A stretch of DNA of 64,000 nucleotides. It comes from Sphingobacteriales bacterium. Its GTDB lineage: Bacteria > Bacteroidota > Bacteroidia > Chitinophagales > JADIYW01. Location of the stretch: positions 152,442-216,441 of the forward strand of contig JADKIQ010000004.1 of NCBI GenBank assembly GCA_016721245.1, in the 5' to 3' direction. The notes under the pieces were generated by a model. It did not search any database. It worked only from the letters and a program-made list of their open reading frames with translations, and was not told the DNA's origin. Below are positions 1-9,894 of this stretch, one piece after another (within the stretch, counting starts at the first letter, position 1; the number at the start of each line of letters is the position of its first letter). A program made the translations under genes and the position numbers.

Positions 1-1371
1 TTAACACCATTGGTAAAATTAATTATTACCAATCCTATACAAACAAAATACCGCGCTGGTTTAGATGCGGATTTTATCATGACATTCAAGAATAAAAAAG
101 AGTTTCAAAATTATACGGATTTTAAAATAAAAGGTTTTGGTGAATATTTTATTAAGAAAAAAGCATCTATCGGTGGTGAATTATTTTACAGATTAAATCA
201 GCATAATTTCTACGGCTACTCAGACATTATTTCCAACAGAGATTCACTGAAAACGAATTTCAATCGTTTTGGAGGCGCTGTAAAATTAAGAGGAATCGAA
301 GAAGCTGACTACTATTACAATGGTGAGGTGAATTTTACGTCTGTTATTAACAAGAATGTTTTTCACAAACCAAAAGAGTTGACGATTGGCGTTAATGCAG
401 AAGGTGGATATAATTTTAAAAAGAACTACTGGCTAGGTGTAAAATTAAATGTGACCAATGTTTCTTATAAAGACAATTATCAGGATACCACATTTTTTGC
501 ATTCTTAAATAACCAGAACCATCTTACATTACAGGCAATTCTTTATGGAAAGATTAAATTCAAAATCTGGACATTGATGGCCGGCCCTAATTTGATTGTG
601 ACGAACAGAAAATTCTATGTACTGCCGGAAATCGTAAATCAGTTGCAGATATACAAAGACTATTTAGTTATGTATAATGAATGGAGAACACAGGTGAAGA
701 TTAACAGTTTGAATAATCTTTCACTGGAAAATCCATTTGTAGTTACGGATAATTATAACAACTCTATTGATGAGACTCGCACCATAATAGGATTGCGCGG
801 AAGTATCAAAGGTTTTGGATACGATGTTCGTTTCAGTCAACTGGTTTCCCGTACGAATGCTCAGTTTGTCAATAATGTATATTTTCCTACGGCTGCTCCG
901 ATTGTAGAGGAAATAAGCGCAGGTGTTCAGTCTGTAAATAACTTGCGTGCATGGAATCCGCATATTGGTATTTCTTACAACAAAGGAAATCAGTTTGGAG
1001 CAAAAGCTTGGTTCGATTATTTCATCTACAATAAAAATACCAGTCTTGAGTTGTCTTATGTTCCTTCATTTAAAGCCGGTTTCTCAGCCTTCTATAACTG
1101 GAAAGAGAAATTATATGTAAACATAGATGTAACCGGACAAAGTAAAGTGAATGCCATTCAAAGGAATTATGATGATTTTGGCGGGATATTATTGACACAA
1201 AATACAGTAAAAGGATTAGTAGATGTGAACTTATCGGCCAACTATTTCATCACTAAAAATATCGGCATTTTTGTGGATTTGAACAATCTCGGGTTCCAGA
1301 AATGGCAGCGTTTTTACAGATATCCAACCTACAGTTTTCAGGTTATCGGTGGCGTGAAGTTGAGTTTCTAG
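1..1371 (+). CDS. outer-membrane beta-barrel protein (TonB-dependent-receptor/porin-like barrel), 5' end outside window
   Basis: The frame is open from base 1, with no stop before the listed start at 10. Y/N/G-rich alternating beta-strand pattern. Ends ...VIGGVKLSF, the aromatic C-terminal residue typical of OM barrels. Confidence 0.5.
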   Translation, partial: LTPLVKLIITNPIQTKYRAGLDADFIMTFKNKKEFQNYTDFKIKGFGEYFIKKKASIGGELFYRLNQHNFYGYSDIISNRDSLKTNFNRFGGAVKLRGIEEADYYYNGEVNFTSVINKNVFHKPKELTIGVNAEGGYNFKKNYWLGVKLNVTNVSYKDNYQDTTFFAFLNNQNHLTLQAILYGKIKFKIWTLMAGPNLIVTNRKFYVLPEIVNQLQIYKDYLVMYNEWRTQVKINSLNNLSLENPFVVTDNYNNSIDETRTIIGLRGSIKGFGYDVRFSQLVSRTNAQFVNNVYFPTAAPIVEEISAGVQSVNNLRAWNPHIGISYNKGNQFGAKAWFDYFIYNKNTSLELSYVPSFKAGFSAFYNWKEKLYVNIDVTGQSKVNAIQRNYDDFGGILLTQNTVKGLVDVNLSANYFITKNIGIFVDLNNLGFQKWQRFYRYPTYSFQVIGGVKLSF

Positions 1372-1448
1372 TAAGTATAGCGTCATTCTATCCCGATAAA
1401 TATCAGGATAGTTTCAATATCTGTTGTTGCATTATTAGTAAAAAAAAT

Positions 1449-1456
1449 TAACTTTG
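1449..1456 (+). promoter_or_regulatory. Bacteroidota -7 promoter box (TAACTTTG)
   Basis: Matches TAnnTTTG. Ends 5 nt before the ATG at 1462, implying a leaderless or near-leaderless mRNA. Confidence 0.5.
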
Positions 1457-1461
1457 CTTCA

Positions 1462-2457
1462 ATGGTAGAACTTATTCAACAACTATTATTAACAGGCAAC
1501 TGCGTTATTATTCCGAATTTCGGTGCATTCATCGGAAATTATCATCCGGCAGAAATTCGCCTGCAGTTCAATACCATTGAGCCTCCAACCAAATTGATTG
1601 CATTTAATCGCTCTCTGCAAAATAACGATGGTTTATTAATCAATGCGCTAGCCCATCATTGCTCGGTTTCATATCACGAAGCAGAAATACAGGTTGCAGA
1701 TTTTGTAAAACAATGCAATACATCTCTTGTACAACACAAAAGCCTGATTTTAAAAGACATTGGAAGATTTATTCTCGATACGGAGAACAATATTCAGTTC
1801 CAGCCATACTATACAAAAAATTATTTGTTGGACAGTTTTGGGTTACAGTCAATGTCCATTCAGCCCATACAAAGATTGAAAGACAGTGAATCAAGTATAA
1901 AAGAAAACTATCAGCGTATACTGCATCCCGAATTAATGGAAGATGCAGTTACACCTAAACGTGCATCTACAAAAATGGCTTATTGGATTACAGCTGTTTT
2001 AGCAGTGTTGTTTTTAGGATCTTCTTTATTTTTGAATATTCAAAAAAGGACTACTTACCAGAATCAATCTTCCTTGTTACCTGCTTTTGAGAAAGCTGTA
2101 GTTCCTGCTGTTTTAATTGTTCCTGAAAATAAAACGGAGATTCCTGTAACTGAACCTGCTGCTGTAAGAACGGAAGAAACTGTTAAAACACCAGTTGTAA
2201 CAACACCGGCAAAACCTAGCAAAAACAAAGCCTATATCGTTATAGGTGCATTTTTTGATGAAATACGGGCAAAAAAAATGAAAACCGAAGCAGAGAGCAA
2301 AGGCTATGTGGTCAATATTTCAAAAGATAGCAGCAACGGACTTTTTCGTACGACAGTCCAGGTAGAAAACTCAGAAGTGGAAACTACTCTGCAAAAAGTG
2401 AAATCAGAAATTAACTCCCGTGCCTGGGTATATTGTATGAAATGTAATCTGTACTAG
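1462..2457 (+). CDS. HU-like/SPOR domain-containing membrane protein
   Basis: N-terminal HU/CCDC81-type region (GNCVIIPNFGAFIG), one TM helix (YWITAVLAVLFLGSSLFL), a P/T/V-rich linker, and a C-terminal SPOR-like domain (KAYIVIGAFFDEIRAKKMKTEAESKGY...GLFRTTV). Confidence 0.75.
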   Translation: MVELIQQLLLTGNCVIIPNFGAFIGNYHPAEIRLQFNTIEPPTKLIAFNRSLQNNDGLLINALAHHCSVSYHEAEIQVADFVKQCNTSLVQHKSLILKDIGRFILDTENNIQFQPYYTKNYLLDSFGLQSMSIQPIQRLKDSESSIKENYQRILHPELMEDAVTPKRASTKMAYWITAVLAVLFLGSSLFLNIQKRTTYQNQSSLLPAFEKAVVPAVLIVPENKTEIPVTEPAAVRTEETVKTPVVTTPAKPSKNKAYIVIGAFFDEIRAKKMKTEAESKGYVVNISKDSSNGLFRTTVQVENSEVETTLQKVKSEINSRAWVYCMKCNLY

Positions 2458-2472
2458 TTAAATCCCAGCGCA

Positions 2473-3207
2473 TTGATTTCCTGCAAAAATATTCATAAAT
2501 TATACGATCAGCTGCAAGTACTGAAAGGGGTATCTTTGGAGATTCAAAAAGGCGATTTGGCCTGTATTGTTGGCCCGTCCGGCGCCGGCAAATCCACTTT
2601 ACTGCATATTATCGGTACTTTGGATAAGGCTGATTCGGGTATGGTGACCATTAATAACCAGGATATTTCCGTTTTAAAAGATAAAGAACTCTCTGATTTC
2701 CGTAATCAGCATCTTGGCTTTGTTTTTCAGTTTCATCACTTGTTGCCGGAGTTTAGCGCATTGGAAAATGTGAGTATTCCTGCATTTATTGCTAAAAAAA
2801 GCGAATCGGAAACAAAGAAAAGAGCCATGGAATTGCTGGATTTTATGGGACTAAAGGATAGAATTAACCACAAACCCAACGAACTTTCCGGCGGAGAACA
2901 GCAGCGCGTCTCCGTGGCACGCGCCCTGATGAACCAGCCTTTGGTGATTTTGGCGGATGAGCCAACCGGCAATCTGGATACGGAAAGGAGCGAAGAGCTG
3001 CACCAGTTATTCTTCGATTTAAAGAAAGAATTCAACCAGACGTTCATCATTGTAACGCATAATGAGCTACTTGCAGACAAGGCCGATAAGAAATTTGTAA
3101 TGAAAGATGGGTTGATAATGAATGGGAGGGGGGGGGGGGGGGGGGGTTGGTTTTTTGGGGGGGGGGGGGGGGGGGGGGGGGGGATTGGGGGGGGGATTAG
3201 CGCATAG
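2473..3207 (+). CDS. lolD: lipoprotein-releasing ABC transporter ATP-binding protein LolD; 3' end runs into G homopolymers
   Basis: Walker [10 protein letters not shown], signature LSGGEQQRV, Walker [14 protein letters not shown]-loop IIVTHN. TTG start. The last ~25 codons ([27 protein letters not shown]) are encoded by poly-G, so the true stop is uncertain. Confidence 0.85.
   Translation: MISCKNIHKLYDQLQVLKGVSLEIQKGDLACIVGPSGAGKSTLLHIIGTLDKADSGMVTINNQDISVLKDKELSDFRNQHLGFVFQFHHLLPEFSALENVSIPAFIAKKSESETKKRAMELLDFMGLKDRINHKPNELSGGEQQRVSVARALMNQPLVILADEPTGNLDTERSEELHQLFFDLKKEFNQTFIIVTHNELLADKADKKFVMKDGLIMNGRGGGGGGWFFGGGGGGGGGIGGGISA
3128..3195. repeat. three G homopolymers: 3128-3146 (19 nt), 3157-3183 (27 nt), 3187-3195 (9 nt)
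   Basis: Counted directly from the sequence. The runs are separated only by TTGGTTTTTT and ATT. Confidence 0.95.
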
Positions 3208-3337
3208 CTTTGTCATTGATGCAGGAGGATTATTCTTGAATTTTAATAATAATTTGCATTTTAACAATTTTCCATTGTTAATCATCACATAACATCATTT
3301 TCAAATCACATCATTTTCAAATTCACAAATTAAATAC

Positions 3338-3345
3338 TATCTTTG
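3338..3345 (+). promoter_or_regulatory. -7 promoter box (TATCTTTG) for tRNA-Arg
   Basis: Perfect TAnnTTTG, 16 nt upstream of the mature tRNA 5' end. Confidence 0.6.
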
Positions 3346-3361
3346 CACTCCAAATTTAGCT

Positions 3362-3435
3362 GGACCTGTAGCTTAACTGGATAGAGCATCGCACTACGGA
3401 TGCGAAGGTTAGGGGTTCGACTCCCTTCAGGTTCA
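3362..3435 (+). tRNA. tRNA-Arg (anticodon ACG)
   Basis: Hand-folded cloverleaf: acceptor GGACCTG/CAGGTTC, D arm GCTT..GAGC, anticodon stem TCGCA/TGCGA with loop CTACGGA, T arm AGGGG-TTCGACT-CCCTT, discriminator A. 74 nt; CCA is not encoded. Confidence 0.93.
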
Positions 3436-3531
3436 CTAAATTTTGTTTTTTAGTTTGTAAACAATTGTGTGTAAGCTATTTGGAAATGATGGATTTTTTT
3501 CCGATATTTGCACCTCTTAAAAGAAAAAATT

Positions 3532-3777
3532 ATGGCAAGGTTTTGTGATTTATCAGGTAAAGGTCCAATGTCAGGAAATAGTGTTTCTCACTCTAACATC
3601 AAAACGAAGAGAAAATTCTATCCTAACTTACAGAAAAAGACTTTCTTTATTCCTGAATTAGACAGATGGATTGAGTTGAAAGTATCTACTTCAGCTATCA
3701 GAACAATCAACAAAAAAGGTATTTACACGTACTTAAAAGAATTACAGAAAAAAGGTGAAATTCAATTAGGTTTCTAA
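3532..3777 (+). CDS. rpmB: 50S ribosomal protein L28
   Basis: [29 protein letters not shown]. Start moved to the ATG at 3532, inside the listed TTG-initiated ORF. Confidence 0.95.
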   Translation: MARFCDLSGKGPMSGNSVSHSNIKTKRKFYPNLQKKTFFIPELDRWIELKVSTSAIRTINKKGIYTYLKELQKKGEIQLGF

Positions 3778-3788
3778 AATTCAGAAAA

Positions 3789-3974
3789 ATGGCAAAGAAG
3801 AAAGGCAATAGAATTCAGGTAATATTAGAGTGTACTGAACACAAAACATCCGGTTTAGCTGGTGTTTCCCGTTACATTACTACTAAAAACAGAAAAAATA
3901 CACCTGAGAGAATCGAATTGAAAAAATTCAATCCGATTATGAAAAAAGTAACTGTTCACAAAGAAATTAAATAA
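3789..3974 (+). CDS. rpmG: 50S ribosomal protein L33
   Basis: [18 protein letters not shown]...[22 protein letters not shown], 61 aa. Confidence 0.95.
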   Translation: MAKKKGNRIQVILECTEHKTSGLAGVSRYITTKNRKNTPERIELKKFNPIMKKVTVHKEIK

Positions 3975-3980
3975 TAAGTC

Positions 3981-4151
3981 ATGGCAAAAGTTTCCAAAAA
4001 CGCGAAAGTAGACAGAGGTAAGAATGTTGGTGAATCCAAAAATATGGTGAAAATCATCAAATTCGTTCGTTCTGATAAATCAGGTGCATATTCTACTCGT
4101 GAAAAAGTAGTACACAAAGACTTGTTACAGGACACTGTAAAAAGTATGTAA
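3981..4151 (+). CDS. DUF4295-type small basic protein (56 aa), absent from the ORF track
   Basis: Hand translation: MAKVSKNAKVDRGKNVGESKNMVKIIKFVRSDKSGAYSTREKVVHKDLLQDTVKSM*. It sits 6 nt after rpmG and is followed by a terminator. This is the conserved Bacteroidota position between rpmG and ftsY. Confidence 0.75.
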   Translation: MAKVSKNAKVDRGKNVGESKNMVKIIKFVRSDKSGAYSTREKVVHKDLLQDTVKSM

Positions 4152-4175
4152 TTGAATGAATTCAACTAAATATAT

Positions 4176-4202
4176 AGCTTCTCTATTTTGAGAGGCTTTT
4201 TT
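4176..4202 (+). terminator. rho-independent terminator of the rpmB-rpmG-DUF4295 operon
   Basis: 8-bp stem AGCTTCTC/GAGAGGCT (one G-U pair), 6-nt loop, T-run. Confidence 0.7.
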
Positions 4203-4205
4203 GTT

Positions 4206-4213
4206 TATATTTG
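4206..4213 (+). promoter_or_regulatory. -7 promoter box (TATATTTG) upstream of ftsY
   Basis: Perfect TAnnTTTG, 43 nt upstream of the ftsY start. Confidence 0.55.
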
Positions 4214-4256
4214 ATTTTTATTAAACATTTATCATTCATCATTTAACATTCTTATT

Positions 4257-5234
4257 TTGGGCATTTTTGATAAAATATTCGGTAAAACCAAATCAGCGGA
4301 AGAACTGCAGGTAGAAGAGAAGCAGCTGACGGATAGTCTGGATAAGACGAAACAGGGCTTTTTTTCCAAAATATCAAAAGCTGTTGCCGGAAAATCTACG
4401 GTAGATATTGGCTTTCTGGATGAACTCGAGGAAATTTTGATTTCCTCAGATGTGGGTTTGTCTACTACAATCAAAATCATCGACCGTTTAGAGGCGCGTG
4501 TTTCAAAAGATAAATACCTCAATACAAATGAATTAAACCAGATATTGAAAGATGAGATTGGAAATATTCTGGCAGAAAACAATACCAAGGATTTACTGGA
4601 TTTTATCCCAAAAACAGATAAAAAACCATACGTAATTATGGTGGTGGGCGTAAACGGCGTTGGTAAAACCACTACCATCGGAAAATTAGCCTATCAGTTG
4701 AAAAAAGCAGGAAAAGAAGTGTTGCTGGGTGCCGGTGATACTTTCCGCGCTGCTGCGGTAGAACAATTAAACCTTTGGAGTGAACGCGTTGGTGTACAAA
4801 TCGTAAAACAAGCCATGGGCAGTGACCCGGCTGCGGTTGCTTTTGACACTGTACAAAGCGGTGTGGCGAAAGGCGTAGATGTTGTAATTTTAGATACGGC
4901 CGGTCGTTTGCACAACAAACAGGGCCTAATGGATGAATTATCTAAGATAAAAAAGGTAATGTCGAAAGTAATTCCGGATGCACCGCATGAAGTCTTATTG
5001 GTGCTGGATGCTTCTACAGGACAAAATGCGTTGGAACAAGCCAAGCATTTCTCTGCTGCTACTCAGGTAACGGCATTGGCTTTAACCAAACTTGACGGTA
5101 CAGCCAAAGGTGGTGTGGTATTAAGTATTGCGGATGAATTCAAGATTCCAATCAAATACATAGGATTAGGAGAAAAAATGGAGCAACTGCAGGTCTTTAA
5201 CCGACAGGCATTTATTGAGACTTTGTTTGAATAA
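4257..5234 (+). CDS. ftsY: signal recognition particle receptor FtsY
   Basis: SRP-GTPase motifs GVNGVGKTTTIGKLA, DTAGRL and TKLDGTAKGG. TTG start; there is no in-frame ATG nearby. Confidence 0.95.
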   Translation: MGIFDKIFGKTKSAEELQVEEKQLTDSLDKTKQGFFSKISKAVAGKSTVDIGFLDELEEILISSDVGLSTTIKIIDRLEARVSKDKYLNTNELNQILKDEIGNILAENNTKDLLDFIPKTDKKPYVIMVVGVNGVGKTTTIGKLAYQLKKAGKEVLLGAGDTFRAAAVEQLNLWSERVGVQIVKQAMGSDPAAVAFDTVQSGVAKGVDVVILDTAGRLHNKQGLMDELSKIKKVMSKVIPDAPHEVLLVLDASTGQNALEQAKHFSAATQVTALALTKLDGTAKGGVVLSIADEFKIPIKYIGLGEKMEQLQVFNRQAFIETLFE

Positions 5235-5291
5235 ACTTGAGGTTGCAAATTGCAACATCAAAGAATCTATAATTTTATATAAAGTGCATAA

Positions 5292-5324
5292 ACTTGAAGT
5301 GCAAATTTTTCACCTCAGGTTTTT
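5292..5324 (+). terminator. probable ftsY terminator
   Basis: Stem ACTTGAAGTG/CACCTCAGGT (9 of 10 pairs) followed by TTTTT. Confidence 0.5.
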
Positions 5325-5378
5325 GCATATAGATATTTTCCAAAAATCGAATTTAAAATATAATATTTGTGATTTCGT

Positions 5379-5930
5379 TTGAAAAGCATGCAATTTTATA
5401 TTAAAATATTTATTCTCTATTTAGTCTTAATGCTAATTAGTAAAAGCTCATTTTGTCAGTATAGAGTAGATGGCGAAAGCTATTATAAACAGAATTTGAT
5501 TGATAAAAATGGTAAAAAACAAGGATTTTGGAGAGAGGTTTATAAAACTGATTTTCATGGTATCCATTTTATTGAATCTTATATTTGTGAAGGATACTAT
5601 TATAATGATTTTAAAGATGGAGAATGGTTGTATTATGATAAGAATGGTTTTTTATCCTACAAAGAATATTATTATAATGACACCACATATCTTCAAACAA
5701 AATTCTATAGTAATAACCAGATAAAATCAACTGGGGTAATTGAAATAAAAGTAACGAATGATTTTGATACAATTATTGTTACAGATCCATTGAATGGCAA
5801 TCAGAGTGAAGAAATTAGAAGGTTATTAAATTATGTGCACATAGGAAATTGGAAATATTACCACAAAGACGGAACGGAAGCGAAAAAAGAAGAATTTGAT
5901 GAAAATGGTGAATTAATAGAGAAAAAATGA
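5379..5930 (+). CDS. secreted MORN-variant (YwqK-like) repeat protein
   Basis: Signal peptide. Repeats of the GEWLYYDKNG / GNWKYYHKDG type. The start could instead be the ATG at 5388. Confidence 0.5.
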   Translation: MKSMQFYIKIFILYLVLMLISKSSFCQYRVDGESYYKQNLIDKNGKKQGFWREVYKTDFHGIHFIESYICEGYYYNDFKDGEWLYYDKNGFLSYKEYYYNDTTYLQTKFYSNNQIKSTGVIEIKVTNDFDTIIVTDPLNGNQSEEIRRLLNYVHIGNWKYYHKDGTEAKKEEFDENGELIEKK

Positions 5931-6868
5931 AAAAATCCATCTTCATACTGTTTCTTTTTCTACAAACCATATTGATTGCACAAAAGTCTGCATCTTATTT
6001 CAGGACGATAGAGTATTTTGACAGTGAGGACAGTACGAAGAATTACGCCATCATGTATCGTCCGAATGGTCCTGCGCACCGCTTACTGATATTGCTGCCC
6101 GGTATGGGCGAATCACCGCAAATGGCGGAAATAGAAACGGATATTCCCGAAATAGCCGCCGCCAATGGCATTTTCACCGCCATTTTATGCAATAATGAAG
6201 GAAGTGCGTCTTTTCAGATAGACGGAAATGCACAACATTATCTGGACAGTATCATTCCTATATTGCTTTTTAAAAATAATATTCCCAACGACGCCTATTA
6301 CCTCGGCGGATTTTCCACGGGAGGTTCAGGTGTTATCAAATACGTACAACATTGCAATGTATATGACATTATTCCCAAGCCAAGAGCAGTGTTTGCCATA
6401 GACCCGCCGCTGGATTTTGTACGTTTGTATAAGGTGTATGATAACTGGCTGAACGATACCACTTCTTTTACCACGAATAAACCATTATACAAACTCATGC
6501 TGGGGGCAATGCGCCTGTTTTTCAGAGGAGATTTGAATACGGCATATGATAATTATGTCAAGCTATCTCCGTATTGTTTCGATGATAAAAATAAATTCGG
6601 AGTTCAGCTATTTTCTAGCATGCCTGTTAAAATTTATTGTGAACCTGATTTCAACTGGGCAATCAATGAAAAACACTGGAGTGCCTATGATTTAAATGTG
6701 CTGGATAATGTCAGTTTTGTGAATGAATTGCAGAAATATGGCAATAAACAGGCTCAAATCGTACTGACACAGAATAAAGGCTTCCGAAAAATTCTTAAGT
6801 TTAAACACCCGCATTCCTGGTCGATTGCGGATGCCGCCGAAACCGTGAAATGGCTGAAACAGTATTGA
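5927..6868 (+). CDS. secreted alpha/beta-hydrolase-like protein
   Basis: Signal peptide, LILLPGMGES, GxSxG-like elbow GGFSTGGSG. There is a 4-nt ATGA overlap with the upstream gene. Confidence 0.5.
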   Translation: MKKSIFILFLFLQTILIAQKSASYFRTIEYFDSEDSTKNYAIMYRPNGPAHRLLILLPGMGESPQMAEIETDIPEIAAANGIFTAILCNNEGSASFQIDGNAQHYLDSIIPILLFKNNIPNDAYYLGGFSTGGSGVIKYVQHCNVYDIIPKPRAVFAIDPPLDFVRLYKVYDNWLNDTTSFTTNKPLYKLMLGAMRLFFRGDLNTAYDNYVKLSPYCFDDKNKFGVQLFSSMPVKIYCEPDFNWAINEKHWSAYDLNVLDNVSFVNELQKYGNKQAQIVLTQNKGFRKILKFKHPHSWSIADAAETVKWLKQY

Positions 6869-6913
6869 TTTAATTGTCCGGTAAAATCTGAATTTGTACC
6901 TTCGTAAACTCAA

Positions 6914-8230
6914 ATGAAGACAAAATCACATACAAAAGATAAATACAACGTTATCACTTTAGGTTGTTCCAAAAATTTAGTAGATTCTGAAGTGTTGGTA
7001 TCACAGTTAAAACATAATGATTTTGATGTGGAACATCAGTCGGAAAAGAAGGATGCGAACATTATTATTGTCAATACCTGCGGTTTTATAGACAGAGCCA
7101 AGGAAGAATCCATCAACACTATTTTATCGTATGCCAAGCAAAAAGAAAAAGGAAAGATAGATAAATTGTATGTTACCGGTTGTTTGTCGCAGCGCTATAA
7201 AGACGATTTGGAGGTAGAAATTCCGCAGGTAGATGCGTATTTCGGAACATTGGAATTACCGCAACTACTGAAAAAACTCGATGCGGATTATAAACATGAA
7301 CTGATTGGTGAACGCTATCTAACAACACCGCAGCATTACGCCTACCTAAAAATATCGGAAGGTTGTAACCGTACCTGTACATTCTGCGCCATTCCGTTGA
7401 TGCGCGGCAAACACGTTTCCAAAAGTATTGAAGAGATTGTGGCCGAAGCTAAAAATTTGGCAAAGCAGGGCGTTAAGGAAATCATGCTGATTGCACAGGA
7501 ATTGACGTATTACGGACTGGATATTTACAAAGAACGCGCCTTATCAAAATTGCTGTATCAACTAAATGAAGTGGAAGGTATTGAGTGGATTCGTTTGCAT
7601 TACGCGTATCCGAGTAAATTTCCGCTGGATATTTTAGATGCGATAAAAGATTGTGATAAAGTGTGCAATTATCTGGATTTGCCTTTGCAGCACGCCAACA
7701 ATAATATCCTGAAGCGTATGCAGCGCCAGATTACACAGGAAGAGACACGCGAACTGATACAGCAGATACGCGCTAAGGTGCCGGATATTGCTATCAGAAC
7801 GACAATGTTAGTGGGTTTTCCGGGTGAAACGGAAGAAGATTTTCAGGACATGTGTGATTTTGTGCAGGAAATGGAATTTGAACGTTTGGGCGTATTTCAG
7901 TATTCTCATGAAGATGATACTGCTGCCTTTGAACTGGAAGACGATGTGGATACGGATACCAAAGAGGAGCGTGCCAGCCGCCTGATGCAAATTCAACAGG
8001 AAATCTCTTTTCAGAAGAATGAAGAAAAAATAGGGAAGACGTTCAAAGTATTAATCGATAGAAAAGAAGGCGGCTATTTTGTAGGCCGTACCGAATACGA
8101 TTCTCCGGAAGTGGATAACGAAGTGTTGATTGACGCTAAAAAATATTTCTGCAGAATCGGTGATTTTTGCACGGTAAAAATTAATGACGCGACAGACTTT
8201 GATTTGTATGCAGAAGTAATAAATAATTAG
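6914..8230 (+). CDS. rimO: ribosomal protein S12 methylthiotransferase RimO
   Basis: MTTase N-terminal cysteines (GCSKNLVDSE, NTCGF), radical-SAM CNRTCTFCAIP, C-terminal TRAM domain. Confidence 0.9.
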   Translation: MKTKSHTKDKYNVITLGCSKNLVDSEVLVSQLKHNDFDVEHQSEKKDANIIIVNTCGFIDRAKEESINTILSYAKQKEKGKIDKLYVTGCLSQRYKDDLEVEIPQVDAYFGTLELPQLLKKLDADYKHELIGERYLTTPQHYAYLKISEGCNRTCTFCAIPLMRGKHVSKSIEEIVAEAKNLAKQGVKEIMLIAQELTYYGLDIYKERALSKLLYQLNEVEGIEWIRLHYAYPSKFPLDILDAIKDCDKVCNYLDLPLQHANNNILKRMQRQITQEETRELIQQIRAKVPDIAIRTTMLVGFPGETEEDFQDMCDFVQEMEFERLGVFQYSHEDDTAAFELEDDVDTDTKEERASRLMQIQQEISFQKNEEKIGKTFKVLIDRKEGGYFVGRTEYDSPEVDNEVLIDAKKYFCRIGDFCTVKINDATDFDLYAEVINN

Positions 8231-8258
8231 CGACAGGCTAATTAGCTAACTTTAATTT

Positions 8259-9848
8259 ATGGATATTCAAAACATTCCTTTCTCACAAACTCAGCTTTTC
8301 TCCAAGCTTATACTGGATTATATTTCTCAACATGAAAATGTAAAATCATTTTATAATTATGAAATAAATATTGATGCTGTAGAAAAGATTATTACAGATA
8401 AGCAGAAAGAAATTATAGATAGAAAGGCTTTAGTCGAAACGATCAGAAACCAATACGCTGATCTTGAAATTTCTGCTTACGTTTCTGAAAATATAACTTC
8501 GCTTGAAAACCCGAATACCTTTTGTATCGTTACTGCACATCAGTTGAATATTTTCGGGGGACCACTCTACTATATTTATAAAATTGCGCAAACGATTTCT
8601 ACCTGCAAACATTTAAAGGAAAAATACCCTAACTACAATTTTGTTCCCGTATACTGGATGGGCAGTGAGGATCACGATTTTGAAGAAATCAATCATATTT
8701 ATCTGTACAATAAAAAGATTGAATGGACCGATAAACAAGGCGGTGCGACGGGAGAATATTCTACACAAAGTATTTCACCTTTAATAGAAGAACTAAAAAC
8801 TATTTTAGGTGAAAGTGAATATTCCAATCAATTAATCGATATTTTTCAAAATGCATATGTAAAACCTACACTAACAGCGGCAACAAGATATTTAGTCAAT
8901 ACCTTATTCGGTTCTTATGGTTTAGTAATTGTGGATGGAAACGACAGAGCATTTAAACAACAGTATGCTGATGTAATGAAAGACGAACTGCTGAATGGAA
9001 ATTCCTTTAAATTGGTTACACAACAATTAACTGAATTAGATGCAAAAGGGTATAAGCAACAAGCCTTTCCACGAGAAATTAATTTATTTTATTTAAGTGA
9101 AAATTCCCGTGAAAGAATCGTAAAAGAAAATTCAGAATTCAGAATTCAGAATTCAGAATTCAAATTTACGGAAAGTGAAATTTTATCAGAACTGGAAAAT
9201 CATCCGGAACGTTTTTCTCCCAACGTAATTTTACGTCCGTTATTTCAGCAGAAGATTTTGCCGTCACTTGCATATATTGGCGGTGCCGGTGAATTGAGCT
9301 ACTGGCTGCAACTGAAACCGGTATTTGATTTTTACAAGGTGAATTTTCCGCAGTTGTTATTGCGAAATTCTGCTTTACTTGTGACTACAGCAAATGCTAA
9401 AAAAGCAGAAAAAATAGGATTGGAGATACAGGATTTTTTTAAAGAAACGGAAGACTTAAAGAAAGAGTTCATTGCAAATAATACAGATGAAGATATCGAT
9501 GTTTCTGTTTTTAAAAGTGAATTGGAAAATACGTTTGCAAAACTACAGGAACTGGCAAAAAATATAGATGCAAGTCTGGTAAATGCGGTAGGTGCCGAGC
9601 TGCAAAAGTCTTTGCAAAGTGTGGACAGTATTCAGAAGCGTCTTATGAAATCGTTGAAACAAAAAAATGAAACCGAACTGAATCAGATAGAAAAAATTAA
9701 AACGCAGTTGTTTCCTAATAATTCATTGCAGGAACGCGTAGAGAACTTTTCAGCATATTACGCAAAGTATGGCTCTGTCTTTATTGAGGATTTAATCGAT
9801 GCGTTTGATGTCTATCATAAACAACTTTTGATAATTCAGCTTTCTTAA
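8259..9848 (+). CDS. bshC: bacillithiol biosynthesis cysteine-adding enzyme BshC
   Basis: 529 aa. Motifs recalled for the YllA/BshC family: GGPLYYIYK, ERFSPNVILRP, AYIGGAGELSYWLQLK. Confidence 0.8.
   Translation: MDIQNIPFSQTQLFSKLILDYISQHENVKSFYNYEINIDAVEKIITDKQKEIIDRKALVETIRNQYADLEISAYVSENITSLENPNTFCIVTAHQLNIFGGPLYYIYKIAQTISTCKHLKEKYPNYNFVPVYWMGSEDHDFEEINHIYLYNKKIEWTDKQGGATGEYSTQSISPLIEELKTILGESEYSNQLIDIFQNAYVKPTLTAATRYLVNTLFGSYGLVIVDGNDRAFKQQYADVMKDELLNGNSFKLVTQQLTELDAKGYKQQAFPREINLFYLSENSRERIVKENSEFRIQNSEFKFTESEILSELENHPERFSPNVILRPLFQQKILPSLAYIGGAGELSYWLQLKPVFDFYKVNFPQLLLRNSALLVTTANAKKAEKIGLEIQDFFKETEDLKKEFIANNTDEDIDVSVFKSELENTFAKLQELAKNIDASLVNAVGAELQKSLQSVDSIQKRLMKSLKQKNETELNQIEKIKTQLFPNNSLQERVENFSAYYAKYGSVFIEDLIDAFDVYHKQLLIIQLS
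9127..9161 (+). repeat. heptanucleotide tandem repeat (AGAATTC) x4 perfect plus one imperfect unit, inside bshC
   Basis: AAAATTC AGAATTC AGAATTC AGAATTC AGAATTC. Encodes ENSEFRIQNSEF and contains four EcoRI sites. Confidence 0.95.
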
Positions 9849-9894
9849 CAATCCATTTTCAAATATTCGGTATGTTTTTTGCGTTGTGCTTATT

